Origin: an uncultured Arcobacteraceae bacterium
GTDB lineage: Bacteria > Campylobacterota > Campylobacteria > Campylobacterales > Arcobacteraceae
Length of the DNA stretch: 64,000 nucleotides
Direction of reading: 5' to 3'
Assembly (NCBI GenBank): GCA_964022095.1
Contig: CAXHZO010000001.1
Span: 320,001-384,000, forward strand
Part shown: positions 1-9,684 of the stretch, in pieces
How positions within the stretch are numbered: position 1 is the first letter of the stretch
Layout: every line of letters begins with the position of its first letter
The notes under the pieces: generated by a model
Seen by the model: only the letters and a program-made list of their open reading frames with translations
The model's database searches: none
What the model was told of the DNA's origin: nothing
Position numbers and translations under genes: made by a program

Positions 1-138
1 ATTTTTACTTCAAATGAATTAGATAATAAACTAAGCGAGCTTGATGAATTTGAAGGTGAAGAGTATAAAAGAGTTCTAACAAAAGTCTTGCTTGAAGATA
101 ATCAAACTGTTGATGCTTATATATATGCTTTAAAATAA
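1..138 (+). CDS. 3' end of a probable gamma-glutamylcyclotransferase (GGCT/AIG2-like) family protein, truncated by the window edge
   Basis: Frame 1 reads IFTSNELDNKLSELDEFEGEEYKRVLTKVLLEDNQTVDAYIYALK*; LDxFEGxxYxR...AYIY is typical of the family. Confidence 0.65.
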   Translation: MFTSNELDNKLSELDEFEGEEYKRVLTKVLLEDNQTVDAYIYALK

Positions 139-226
139 AAAGAGTAGTTTAACTCTTCTTTTATAAATTGTAAAAAATTATTTGCAAATACTCTTATTTT
201 TAAATAAAGTATAGAAAACTATTACC

Positions 227-256
227 TATCCTATATTTAGGATACTTTTTATCCTA
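227..256. promoter_or_regulatory. Three alternating TATCCTA/TAGGATA half-sites upstream of the cyd operon; candidate operator
   Basis: TATCCTA 227-233, TAGGATA 238-244, TATCCTA 250-256. Confidence 0.4.
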
Positions 257-397
257 TTTACTCTCCTTATAAAAATAATTATTGTTTCAAAGTCACTATT
301 TAAATAAGAAATACTTATATTAATTTTATATATTCTTAATAATTATTGCTTTATCATTTCAATATATAAGTTTAAATTATAGAAAGGTAATTAGTTT

Positions 398-607
398 ATG
401 TTATTAAAAAACTTTTTAAATATGTATATTGAAGGCTTTAAAAACCTGAAATTAGGTAAAACTCTTTGGAAACTAATACTTATAAAACTCTTTTTTATTT
501 TAGTACTTCTAAAATATTTTGTTTATGATGAAAACTTTAAAAATACATACAGAACACAAGAAACAAAAATAGATTTTGTATATAAAAATATTACAAAGGA
601 TAGATAA
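398..607 (+). CDS. DUF4492-like small membrane protein upstream of cydA
   Basis: Y.EGF.....GKTLW.LILIKLF pattern, single TM, stop overlaps cydA start. Confidence 0.8.
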   Translation: MLLKNFLNMYIEGFKNLKLGKTLWKLILIKLFFILVLLKYFVYDENFKNTYRTQETKIDFVYKNITKDR

Positions 608-2133
608 TGGAAGAGCATTTAGTAGACTGGTCTAGAGCTCAATTTGCCCTAACAGCAATATATCATTGGTTGTTTGTACCACTTACATTAGGACTTGGTT
701 TTATTATTGCAATTATGGAAACAATCTATGTAAAAACAAATAGTGAATTTTGGAAAAAAACTACAAAATTTTGGATGACACTTTTTGCCATAAATTTTGC
801 CATTGGTGTTGCAACTGGAATTATAATGGAGTTTGAGTTTGGGACTAACTGGGCAAACTACTCTTGGTTTGTAGGAGATATATTTGGAGCACCTTTAGCA
901 GTTGAGGGAATTTTGGCTTTTTTTATGGAGTCAACTTTTTTTGCTGTTATGTTTTTTGGTTGGGATAAAGTATCAAAGGGATTTCATTTACTTTCAACTT
1001 GGTTAGTTGCAATTGGCTCGAATCTTAGTGCTTTATGGATTTTAGTTGCAAATGGTTGGATGCAATATCCTGTGGGAATGACATTTAATCCAGATACAGT
1101 AAGAAATGAAATGAATAACTTTTGGGAAGTTCTATTCTCCCCTGTTGCCATCTCAAAGTTTTTGCATACTATTTCTAGTGGGTATATAGTTGCATCACTA
1201 TTTGTAGTTGGTATTTCTGCTTGGTATTTACTAAAAAGAAGAGAAATAGAATTTGCTAAGAAATCTATGATTATAGGAGCTACTTTTGGTTTGATTTCAT
1301 CTATTTTTATTATAGTAAATGGTGATGAATCAGCTCATCAAGTAGCCCTTAAACAACCAGTAAAACTAGCAGCAATGGAAGGTCTTTATGAAGGAAAAGA
1401 AGATGCTGGAATAGTTGCTGTTGGTATTTTAAATCCTAAGAAAACACTTACAAATGATGAAGAGACTTTTCTTTTTGAATTAGAAGCACCCTATGCCCTA
1501 TCACTTCTTGGATACCATGATATTCATGCCTTTGTTCCTGGACTTAAAGATCTAGTTTATGGAAATGAAAAATATAATATTATTCCAACTTCACAAAAAA
1601 TGGCTCAAGGTAAGATAGCAATTCAGGCACTAAAAGATTACAAAGAAGCCAAAAGAAACAATGACCTAATAGCTATGATTAAACATGAAAAAATACTTAG
1701 AGAAAATATAAAGTATTTTGGATATGGACATCTTCATAAACCTGAGGATATTGTTCCTTCTGTTGGTATTACATTTTATGCTTTCCATATTATGGTAGCT
1801 CTTGGATCATGGTTTTTGGCATTATTTGCTTTACTATTATTCTTTGTTCTTAAAAAAGATATTTTAAAGTATAGATGGCTTTTAATAAGTGCAGTTGCTT
1901 CAATTCCTTTAGGATATATTGCAAGTGAAGCAGGTTGGATTGTAGCTGAAGTTGGACGACAACCTTGGGCAATTCAAGACTTGATGCCTGTTGGTATTGC
2001 AGCTACTGATATTTCATCTACAAATGTAAAGATTACATTTTATATGTTCGCATTTTTATTTACTGCACTTTTAATTGCAGAAATAAAAATCATGCTAAGA
2101 CAAATTTCAATTGGTCCAAATGGAGGTCATTAA
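607..2133 (+). CDS. cydA: Cytochrome bd ubiquinol oxidase subunit I
   Basis: [49 protein letters not shown] motifs; long Q-loop. Confidence 0.97.
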   Translation: MEEHLVDWSRAQFALTAIYHWLFVPLTLGLGFIIAIMETIYVKTNSEFWKKTTKFWMTLFAINFAIGVATGIIMEFEFGTNWANYSWFVGDIFGAPLAVEGILAFFMESTFFAVMFFGWDKVSKGFHLLSTWLVAIGSNLSALWILVANGWMQYPVGMTFNPDTVRNEMNNFWEVLFSPVAISKFLHTISSGYIVASLFVVGISAWYLLKRREIEFAKKSMIIGATFGLISSIFIIVNGDESAHQVALKQPVKLAAMEGLYEGKEDAGIVAVGILNPKKTLTNDEETFLFELEAPYALSLLGYHDIHAFVPGLKDLVYGNEKYNIIPTSQKMAQGKIAIQALKDYKEAKRNNDLIAMIKHEKILRENIKYFGYGHLHKPEDIVPSVGITFYAFHIMVALGSWFLALFALLLFFVLKKDILKYRWLLISAVASIPLGYIASEAGWIVAEVGRQPWAIQDLMPVGIAATDISSTNVKITFYMFAFLFTALLIAEIKIMLRQISIGPNGGH

Positions 2134-2134
2134 A

Positions 2135-3268
2135 ATGTTTGAAGAACTTACACTATTACAACTACAACAATACTGGTGGATTATAATCTCACTACTTGGT
2201 GGTATTTTTGGATTTATTATGTTTGTACAAGGTGGCCAAACTCTATTTGGAACTATTTCAAAAGGGGATGAGACTCTAAAAACTATGCTTGTAAATTCAC
2301 TTGGTAGAAAATGGGAACTTAGTTTTACAACTTTAGTTTTATTTGGTGGGGCTTTATTTGCAGCATTTCCTTTGTTTTACTCTACTAGTTTTGGCGGGGC
2401 TTATTGGGTTTGGATGTCAATTTTATTTTGTTTCATTATTCAAGCAGTATCATATGAGTATAGAAAAAAACCTCAAAATTTCTTAGGTCAAAAAGTGTAT
2501 GAAAGCTTTTTATATATAAATGGTAGTTTAGGAGTTATTTTGCTTGGAGTTGCTATTGCTACGTTTTTTTCAGGTTCATCTTTTAGTGTGGATGAAAACA
2601 ACTTTTCCCATTGGCACACAAGTCTAAGAGGTCTTGAAGCTTTAACAGATCCATTTAATCTAAGTCTTGGTTTTGCCCTATTCTTTTTAGTTAGAATCTC
2701 AGGAGCTTTATATTTTATCAATAATATAGACCATGAAATTATTAGACAAAGAGCTATAAAAAGTATAAAAATCAATATGCCTATCTTTTTAGTTTTCTTT
2801 TCTATTTTTCTTTTTTTACTATTTACAAAAGAAGGTTTTGCTTATGATTGTGAGGGTTTTGTTTATTTAGTAAAATACAAATATTTACATAACTTTTTAG
2901 AAATACCTATAGTTTTTACTCTTTTTATTTTAGGAATTATTATGGTAGTAATAGCTGTTGTTGCAACTATTCACTTTAATATGACATGTTGTATTAAAAC
3001 TGGTGGATTAGGAATAGTTTTAACTGTAATGGCACTATTTTTAAATGTTGGATTTAATAATACATCATATTACCCATCTGTATATGATTTACAAAGTTCA
3101 CTTACTATACAAAACAGTTCAGGCAGTCACTATACACTTACAACAATGTCTTATGTATCTTTGATGGTACCTTTTGTAATAGCATATATTACTTATGTTT
3201 GGTACCAAATGGATAAAGTAAAAATCACAAAAGAGGAAATAGAAGATCCTCATGCACACAATTATTAG
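2135..3268 (+). CDS. cydB: Cytochrome bd ubiquinol oxidase subunit II
   Basis: Follows cydA; GGALFAAFP motif, many TMs; ATG at 2135 has GGAGG upstream and is preferred over 2111. Confidence 0.93.
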   Translation: MFEELTLLQLQQYWWIIISLLGGIFGFIMFVQGGQTLFGTISKGDETLKTMLVNSLGRKWELSFTTLVLFGGALFAAFPLFYSTSFGGAYWVWMSILFCFIIQAVSYEYRKKPQNFLGQKVYESFLYINGSLGVILLGVAIATFFSGSSFSVDENNFSHWHTSLRGLEALTDPFNLSLGFALFFLVRISGALYFINNIDHEIIRQRAIKSIKINMPIFLVFFSIFLFLLFTKEGFAYDCEGFVYLVKYKYLHNFLEIPIVFTLFILGIIMVVIAVVATIHFNMTCCIKTGGLGIVLTVMALFLNVGFNNTSYYPSVYDLQSSLTIQNSSGSHYTLTTMSYVSLMVPFVIAYITYVWYQMDKVKITKEEIEDPHAHNY

Positions 3269-3277
3269 GAGATTATT

Positions 3278-3373
3278 ATGGAATATTTAAGTTCAATTAT
3301 TTGGCTTTGTTCATGGCCTATAATCATTTATATAGCATTCAAGTTATCATTGAGAAATATTAAGGAAAAGTAA
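3278..3373 (+). CDS. 31-aa single-TM protein, probable cytochrome bd accessory subunit (CydX/CydY-like)
   Basis: MEYLSSIIWLCSWPIIIYIAFKLSLRNIKEK*; AGGAG RBS overlapping the cydB stop; not in the ORF track. Confidence 0.75.
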   Translation: MEYLSSIIWLCSWPIIIYIAFKLSLRNIKEK

Positions 3374-3508
3374 ATGATAAGGGCTATGAAAAAAGGATTT
3401 GTCTACTTCCTTTTTATAATTATATTAATAAATGTGGTTCAAGATTTAAATAAAAAAGATTTAAAAAATGAAATAAAAACACATGCTAGTTATATTAACA
3501 AAGATTAA
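3374..3508 (+). CDS. 44-aa hypothetical small membrane protein
   Basis: MIRAMKKGFVYFLFIIILINVVQDLNKKDLKNEIKTHASYINKD*; starts right after the previous stop, AAGGA upstream, stop overlaps the convergent gene. Confidence 0.45.
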   Translation: MIRAMKKGFVYFLFIIILINVVQDLNKKDLKNEIKTHASYINKD

Positions 3509-4551
3509 AGCTTATCTAATCTTTGTTGAACATAGTTTTTCACATCTTGATAGTTAATTGTTTCTCTAAAGTCTTCAAATTTACCACCACTTGCATTTAC
3601 ATGTCCACCGCCATTTGCGATTTTTTCTGCCATTTGCGATACATTTACAACACCATCTGCTCTAAATGATGCATTACCTTTTCTTCCTACATCAATAAAG
3701 AAATCAAAGTCATCATTTGCTTTTAAAAATGCATTTGCAGGAATAGAAACAGAACCAAGACAGTAAGTTAATAAACCTTTGTGCCCATTATAAACTACAG
3801 TTAACTCATCTTTTACATCAGCTAATGTTTTTACTAAATATTTTGCACTTAAATTATCTAAAGTATCATCTTGCGTGCTTTGGTTTAAAAACTCTTTTTT
3901 AAATGAATGAATACTACTATCAAGCTTGATATTTGCATTTTCTTCATTTAAAAAATTTGTAGCTTTTTTTAATAAAAAAAGTCTATACTCTCTATTTAAA
4001 TCTGCAAATAAAACATTGTTTATTTCCCTTGCACCACTAACCATAGTCATTAAAACTTTTCCAAACTCAAAGTTTGTAATCTCTTCTTCTACCCAAATAT
4101 CAATTGCATTAATTGCATTTACAAGTGGTTTCATCCACTCACTTGTTTTACAATCAAAACCTTCATACTCTTCGAATAAATAATCATATACTATTTTTGT
4201 AGCACATCTATTGTTATCTAAGTAATACCAATCAAATTCATCAGCGCTTCTTTGTCCACTTGCATGATGATCTAAAAGTTGAAGTTTAATATTAAAACCT
4301 TCATCTCTTAATTGATTTATGTTTTTATCTAAATCTTTTGACTCTTTAAAAGTTAAGTTTAAATCACTAATAATTAATAAAATCTCTTCATCTTTGTGAT
4401 TTAAAATCTCTTTTAAAACTTTTGCAATTGTTAGTTTAACTTCTATTCCATAATTAGCATTATAAAAATAGCCCTCTTTAAAGAACTCTTTTGTAATTAG
4501 TTGGCAACCATATCCATCAAGATCGGTATGGGAAATATGAAATAACTTCAT
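3505..4551 (-). CDS. DHH family phosphoesterase (NrnB-like oligoribonuclease)
   Basis: SHTDLDG, SDL, LLDHH and GGGHVNASG motifs. Confidence 0.88.
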   Translation of the reverse strand: MKLFHISHTDLDGYGCQLITKEFFKEGYFYNANYGIEVKLTIAKVLKEILNHKDEEILLIISDLNLTFKESKDLDKNINQLRDEGFNIKLQLLDHHASGQRSADEFDWYYLDNNRCATKIVYDYLFEEYEGFDCKTSEWMKPLVNAINAIDIWVEEEITNFEFGKVLMTMVSGAREINNVLFADLNREYRLFLLKKATNFLNEENANIKLDSSIHSFKKEFLNQSTQDDTLDNLSAKYLVKTLADVKDELTVVYNGHKGLLTYCLGSVSIPANAFLKANDDFDFFIDVGRKGNASFRADGVVNVSQMAEKIANGGGHVNASGGKFEDFRETINYQDVKNYVQQRLDKL

Positions 4552-4949
4552 TAAACTAAATCTTTTAAAGTTAAGTCTTTTAGAAAGTCATTTACTTTTA
4601 GTTGTAAATTATTTAATAAAGGCCAAATTGTACAATTCATTGCTTTTTGATTTGGACAACTATCAACTGATGGTGAACATTCAAACACCATAGGGATTCG
4701 CTCTTCAGCAGCTTCTACAATTTCTAATATTGTCATTTCTTCCCATGATTTTTTTAATGTAAATCCACCATTAACACCTCTATGAGAGATAACTAGTTCA
4801 TTTTTTGCTAAGTTCTGCATGATTTTTGCTAAAAATGATTTTGAGATATCAAGCTCTTTTGATAAAACATCTACATTTTTTGCTTTGTCATCTTGAGCAA
4901 TTGAAATTAGTGATAATAATGCATATTCGCTTTTTTTTGTTAATAACAT
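4551..4949 (-). CDS. Rrf2 family transcriptional regulator with three Cys (possible Fe-S ligands)
   Basis: MLLTKKSEYAL start, SHRGVNGGFTL wing, C-x6-C-x7-C; start at 4949 preferred over 5015. Confidence 0.9.
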   Translation of the reverse strand: MLLTKKSEYALLSLISIAQDDKAKNVDVLSKELDISKSFLAKIMQNLAKNELVISHRGVNGGFTLKKSWEEMTILEIVEAAEERIPMVFECSPSVDSCPNQKAMNCTIWPLLNNLQLKVNDFLKDLTLKDLV

Positions 4950-5033
4950 ATTAATTCCGATTCTTTTTGTCTTAATTCTACAAAAAAGTTCATTAAGATT
5001 AGTTATTATATTCAACTAATATTATTTTTTAAT

Positions 5034-5073
5034 AAAAAAAAAGGGTTGCAGCACGAAACTACAACCCTTTTTT
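5034..5073 (-). terminator. Intrinsic terminator of rpsO
   Basis: AAGGGTTG..CAACCCTT stem flanked by A and T tracts. Confidence 0.8.
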
Positions 5074-5092
5074 CAATATTTAGTAAGTAAAA

Positions 5093-5365
5093 TTACTTAG
5101 CTCTAATTCCTAAAGAAGCTACTAACTCCGTAAATGAAGCATAGTTTTTCTTTCTTAAGTATGCTAATAATCTTTTTCTTTTACCAACCATTTTTAAAAG
5201 ACCTAATCTTGAAGAGTGATCTTTTTTGTTGATTTTTAAATGCTCTGTTAAAACTTTAATTTGTTCTGTTAATACTGCGATTTGTACTTCCGCTGAACCT
5301 GTATCACCATCTTTTTTTGCATATTTTGCAATAATTCCTGCTTTTACTTCCTGATCTAAAGCCAT
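5093..5365 (-). CDS. rpsO: 30S ribosomal protein S15
   Basis: [30 protein letters not shown]. Confidence 0.98.
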   Translation of the reverse strand: MALDQEVKAGIIAKYAKKDGDTGSAEVQIAVLTEQIKVLTEHLKINKKDHSSRLGLLKMVGKRKRLLAYLRKKNYASFTELVASLGIRAK

Positions 5366-5531
5366 CTTGACCTCCTAATAGGTATATTATATTCTCACTT
5401 ACAATTAAGTGGTCGCGTATTATAGTGAAAAATTTATTAAATTAGCTTTAATAAATTTTTAAAAGGTTTTTTTGCAATATTTCTTTTTTGTGATATAATT
5501 TGTTAATCTAATTTAAAGAAAAGGATATTAT

Positions 5532-6182
5532 ATGATTAATTACCCTAATGTTTTAAGTAATCCTTTTGATCCTGTTTACAAATTAAGTGATGCGGAGAAA
5601 TACTCATTAAAAGAGTGCGACGAACTAATATCTTTAGAAAAATACTCATATAGCTTTTTTGCATTTTGGAATGCAAGTATCATAAACATACAAAGACGTA
5701 TTGAGTTTTTTGGTATTGATGTGTTTTTAAATATTATTGAAAAAAAAGAAGAATTTAATATAAATGGCAATAATTTAAAAGATAGATGGCTAAATATAAA
5801 TGAATATAAAATACTTTTCTATGGAAAAAAATTAAATATAATAAATCACATAACGCATGACTTGTTAAGTACTCTTTTTTGGATGAAATCAAATACAAAT
5901 GAAGAAGAAAATAAAGAAATTACAAAAGATGAAATTATAGCCTTGGTATATTTAATTGAAAAAAACCTTTTTTTAAAGCCGTATAAAGAGGATTTAAGAG
6001 GTAAGAATCCTGCGATAAAAAATACAAAATTGAAATTTAGAAGGAAAGAAGATATGAGTACTGATACAAATGCCATTCCAAGAACTTACCATAATATACT
6101 TATGAAGTCAGGTGTAAAAGCTTTTGAAGATAGCAATAATTTAAATAAAAACAAAGATAAGCTTTTAGATAAATATTGCTAA
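5532..6182 (+). CDS. Hypothetical protein
   Basis: 216-aa ORF with AAGGA RBS and TGATATAAT extended -10 at 5491-5499. Confidence 0.75.
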   Translation: MINYPNVLSNPFDPVYKLSDAEKYSLKECDELISLEKYSYSFFAFWNASIINIQRRIEFFGIDVFLNIIEKKEEFNINGNNLKDRWLNINEYKILFYGKKLNIINHITHDLLSTLFWMKSNTNEEENKEITKDEIIALVYLIEKNLFLKPYKEDLRGKNPAIKNTKLKFRRKEDMSTDTNAIPRTYHNILMKSGVKAFEDSNNLNKNKDKLLDKYC

Positions 6183-6190
6183 AATCAAGT

Positions 6191-6976
6191 ATGATTATAA
6201 ATTTTGAAAACATTCATCTCTCATATGACGAGAAACTAATATTAAAAGAATTGAACCTAAAAATCGCAAAAGGCGAGCACTGGGCGATTTTAGGTAAAAA
6301 CGGTAGTGGAAAATCAACCCTAATAAAATTGATTTCATCAGAACTTCACCCAAGACAACAATATAACTATAAAAAAGAGATTCTAGGTAAAGAAAGATAT
6401 ACACTAAGTGAATTAAAACAACATCTAGGAATCATTACAAATGATTTACACAATTACTTTGAAAGACATGGAAACTTCTTAAGTACATATGAAGTTGTGC
6501 TAAGTGGATACTATAGTTCTATTGGAGTATTTAAACATCAAGACTTTACCAAAGAGCAACATCAAAGAGCTTTAGAAGTTATTGATTTTTTAGAATTAAA
6601 TGAAATAAAAGAGAAAAAAGTACATCAACTGTCAACAGGACAGTTAAGAAAAGCAATAATTGCAAGAGCATTAATTCATAAGCCTAGTGCATTTATACTT
6701 GATGAGCCAACAGTTGGACTTGATATAAAAGCTCAAGTAAACTTTATAAAGACCATGAAAAAACTATCTTTAAATGCTAGTATTATTTTAGTAACACATC
6801 ATATTGAAGAGATATTTGAAGAAATAAGTCATGTTGCACTTATTTATGAAAACAAAGTATTCATTCAAGGGAGTAAAGAAGAAATATTAACAAGTGAAAA
6901 CTTGTCTAAAATTTTTGAAGTTGATTTATCAATAAAACAAAAAAATGGTAGATATTTTTTTGATAGGGTTGGATGA
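6191..6976 (+). CDS. ABC transporter ATP-binding protein (ModF/YlmA-like, no permease nearby)
   Basis: GKNGSGKS Walker A, LSTGQ signature, ILDEPT Walker B. Confidence 0.9.
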   Translation: MIINFENIHLSYDEKLILKELNLKIAKGEHWAILGKNGSGKSTLIKLISSELHPRQQYNYKKEILGKERYTLSELKQHLGIITNDLHNYFERHGNFLSTYEVVLSGYYSSIGVFKHQDFTKEQHQRALEVIDFLELNEIKEKKVHQLSTGQLRKAIIARALIHKPSAFILDEPTVGLDIKAQVNFIKTMKKLSLNASIILVTHHIEEIFEEISHVALIYENKVFIQGSKEEILTSENLSKIFEVDLSIKQKNGRYFFDRVG

Positions 6977-6982
6977 GTTACC

Positions 6983-7954
6983 TCATCCTCCTGTTTCATA
7001 AAATGCTCTTGATGAAGTTTCATTTTCATCCATAGTTGACCATTTATTTTTTTCTGGTTTATTTTCTAGTACTTTTTTCAAAATTGCAGCTGCTTCATCT
7101 ATATTATTACTTTGAACCGCATCTTTAATACTCATAGCATCTTCAAAATATAAACAAGGAATCAAATACCCCTCAGCTGTTAATCTAATTCTATTACATG
7201 AAGCACAAAAATCATCTTTATGTGGTTCAATTATCCCAAATTGAAACCCTCCATCTAACTCATAGTATTGAGCAGGAGAGCTTGTATCCCTTGGAACTTC
7301 TTTAAAGTCTGGATATCTAGTTGATACCATTGCTTTTATTTCATCAGAGTTTAAACCTTTTGCGCCATCTTTTGCATGATGGTTTTCCATAAATTCAATA
7401 AACCTAACAACATAGCCTTTTTCTTTACAGAACTCTAATACATCTAAAATATGAGTATCATTTACTCCTTTTAGAGGTACACAATTTATTTTTATTTTTA
7501 AGCCTACTTTGTCAGCTTCTTCGATACCTTTTAAAACTGTTTTTAAAACATCTTTTTGAGCCATTTTAGCAGCAGTTGCTTCATCCATAGAATCTAAAGA
7601 TACATTTATTCTTTTTAAACCTGCATCTTTTAACTTTTGAGCAACTCTTGGCAATAAAAATCCATTTGTTGTTAAAGCTAAATCTATATCATTTTTATAT
7701 TCATAAATCATATTTATGAAAACATCTAGCCCCTCTCTTAAAAGAGGTTCACCACCAGTAATCCTTACTTTCTTTATACCCTCATCTATTCCTACTTTTA
7801 TAAATTTAAACATATCTTCATATGAGAGTAAGTTCTCTTTTGGAACCCAAGAAAAAGGTTTTTCTGGCATACAGTATTGACATCTAAAGTTGCACCGTTC
7901 AGTAACGGAAACTCTCAGATAATCATGTTTTCTACCAAATCCATCTATTAACAT
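6983..7954 (-). CDS. moaA: GTP 3',8-cyclase (molybdenum cofactor biosynthesis)
   Basis: CNFRCQYC radical SAM motif, C-terminal [12 protein letters not shown]...PCL and terminal GG. Confidence 0.96.
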   Translation of the reverse strand: MLIDGFGRKHDYLRVSVTERCNFRCQYCMPEKPFSWVPKENLLSYEDMFKFIKVGIDEGIKKVRITGGEPLLREGLDVFINMIYEYKNDIDLALTTNGFLLPRVAQKLKDAGLKRINVSLDSMDEATAAKMAQKDVLKTVLKGIEEADKVGLKIKINCVPLKGVNDTHILDVLEFCKEKGYVVRFIEFMENHHAKDGAKGLNSDEIKAMVSTRYPDFKEVPRDTSSPAQYYELDGGFQFGIIEPHKDDFCASCNRIRLTAEGYLIPCLYFEDAMSIKDAVQSNNIDEAAAILKKVLENKPEKNKWSTMDENETSSRAFYETGG

Positions 7955-8014
7955 AATATATTCCTATCTTTTTCAATTTATAAGGATAATATATAAAACC
8001 TTAAAAAGGTAAAA

Positions 8015-8932
8015 TTAATTTAACCTTTTCCAAGCTTCTTCTAAAGAATCAACTCTACATGCAAAAACTAAATATAATGCTATATTAAATTTCGCTAGTT
8101 TAAGAGTTTGCTCATCAGGATTATTAATCACTTCTAAAGCTTCTTCTAAAGTTATATTATCAAATGATTTATCATAAGTAATACCAAAATCTTTTAAGCT
8201 AAAAGCTACTTCTTCTATTTCACCATTAACTTCTTTCCAGTATTTACCATCTTTGAATACTTCAGGACTTCCTTCACTAGCTTTTACTACAAATATATCT
8301 TTATAATAATCTTCATACATTGCTAAATATTTTTTTACATAAGGTTTGTGAAATGCTGTTGTCACACCATAATCACTTAAACCTGGATTTAAAAGTTTTT
8401 CAGCTGTATTAAAAACTGTTCTAAGTCCCAACTCATGTCTTAAAGAAGTTATATCACTTAACTCTTTAAAGTATTCTATCCTATCAAAGAAGTGAACATA
8501 TTGACCTTTATCAATTTTCTCAAAAACTTCTTTTGTTGTTAATCCACATTTTGCAGGTTGAACTAAATCCCCTGATATTACTAAGTGTAAAGGTTCAATA
8601 TCACTATTTTTTACAAAGAAGTCTTTTAAAATTTCATCATATAACGGAAATAAAAATGGATTATTTACCCTTCCATCAAATGAATATCCAAGTTCTAATG
8701 AATTCTCAATCTTCTTTGTTTTTACATATTTCTTCAATGCTTTTACTGCTGCTTTTAACTCATCATTTGTTTCAAGTTTTGTTCTCCAACCAATTAAAAA
8801 AGCCCCAATTTGAGCTTGTGTAACTCTATTTTCTAAAATAGATTCAAGGGCATCAATAATCTCATTTTCTTCTAATTCTCTATTACCTTTTGGACCTGTT
8901 CCAACTGCTTTTATATACTTTTTAAAACTCAT
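8015..8932 (-). CDS. TrpD/YbiB-like (glycosyltransferase family 3) protein
   Basis: YIKAVGTGPKG, QIGAFLIGWR, LGLRTVFNT.EKLLNP, EGSPE. Confidence 0.8.
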   Translation of the reverse strand: MSFKKYIKAVGTGPKGNRELEENEIIDALESILENRVTQAQIGAFLIGWRTKLETNDELKAAVKALKKYVKTKKIENSLELGYSFDGRVNNPFLFPLYDEILKDFFVKNSDIEPLHLVISGDLVQPAKCGLTTKEVFEKIDKGQYVHFFDRIEYFKELSDITSLRHELGLRTVFNTAEKLLNPGLSDYGVTTAFHKPYVKKYLAMYEDYYKDIFVVKASEGSPEVFKDGKYWKEVNGEIEEVAFSLKDFGITYDKSFDNITLEEALEVINNPDEQTLKLAKFNIALYLVFACRVDSLEEAWKRLN

Positions 8933-9018
8933 TTTGTACCTTAATTATAATCGTTTAATTAATATTTCTAAATATATAATATACAATAACTTTTATAAAA
9001 CAACTTCGAAGGTACGCT

Positions 9019-9684
9019 GTGTCTATAAAAGATACCATAAGAAAAATAAGTTTTTTTAATAATTTATCTGATGAACAAATTGATCAAATTGCCTCAATAT
9101 CTAGTGTTTCTAAATACTCAAAAGATTCTATTTTATATTATGAAAGTGATGTTCAAAAAAATCTTTTATTTTTAGTTGAAGGCTTAATAAAAATATATAA
9201 AGTTGATAAATTTGACAATGAAATTTTTCTTTATCATATACATGAGAACTCAATGATTAGTGAATTGTCATCAATAAAGCAAAATGATATTTACTGTTTT
9301 TCAAATGCAGAGTTTACAGAAAATTCAACTTTATTAACTGTAAACTTTGAAAAGTTCCAAGAACACTTTTTATCAAAAAATATCTTAACGATGGAACTTA
9401 TGGAAATTTTACTTGATAAAACTCATCAATTACAATGTATTGTTAATAGAGAACTAGTATTTGATGCAACTGCAAAAGTTGCATTTATGCTAAATCAAGA
9501 CTTAGTCATGTTTAATAAATTAAAAAGACAAGAAGTATCATTTATGCTTCATATTCAACCAGAAACCCTTTCTAGAGTTTTAAAAAGATTAGTAAGAAAT
9601 GAAATAATCGAAATTAAAAATGGAAAAGTAACAGTAAAAAATAAAGAAGCACTAGTTGCAATTTTTAGAGGTGTTGGAATATGA
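9019..9684 (+). CDS. Crp/Fnr family regulator (Nss/Dnr-like, no N-terminal Cys cluster)
   Basis: cNMP-type beta-barrel and HTH with recognition helix PETLSR. Confidence 0.92.
   Translation: MSIKDTIRKISFFNNLSDEQIDQIASISSVSKYSKDSILYYESDVQKNLLFLVEGLIKIYKVDKFDNEIFLYHIHENSMISELSSIKQNDIYCFSNAEFTENSTLLTVNFEKFQEHFLSKNILTMELMEILLDKTHQLQCIVNRELVFDATAKVAFMLNQDLVMFNKLKRQEVSFMLHIQPETLSRVLKRLVRNEIIEIKNGKVTVKNKEALVAIFRGVGI

Noticed and set aside
190-312. CTCTCCTT at 261-268 upstream of cyd as a fifth anti-SD hairpin element
   Set aside because: Flanking complementarity is only gapped AT-rich pairing; no convincing long stem by eye
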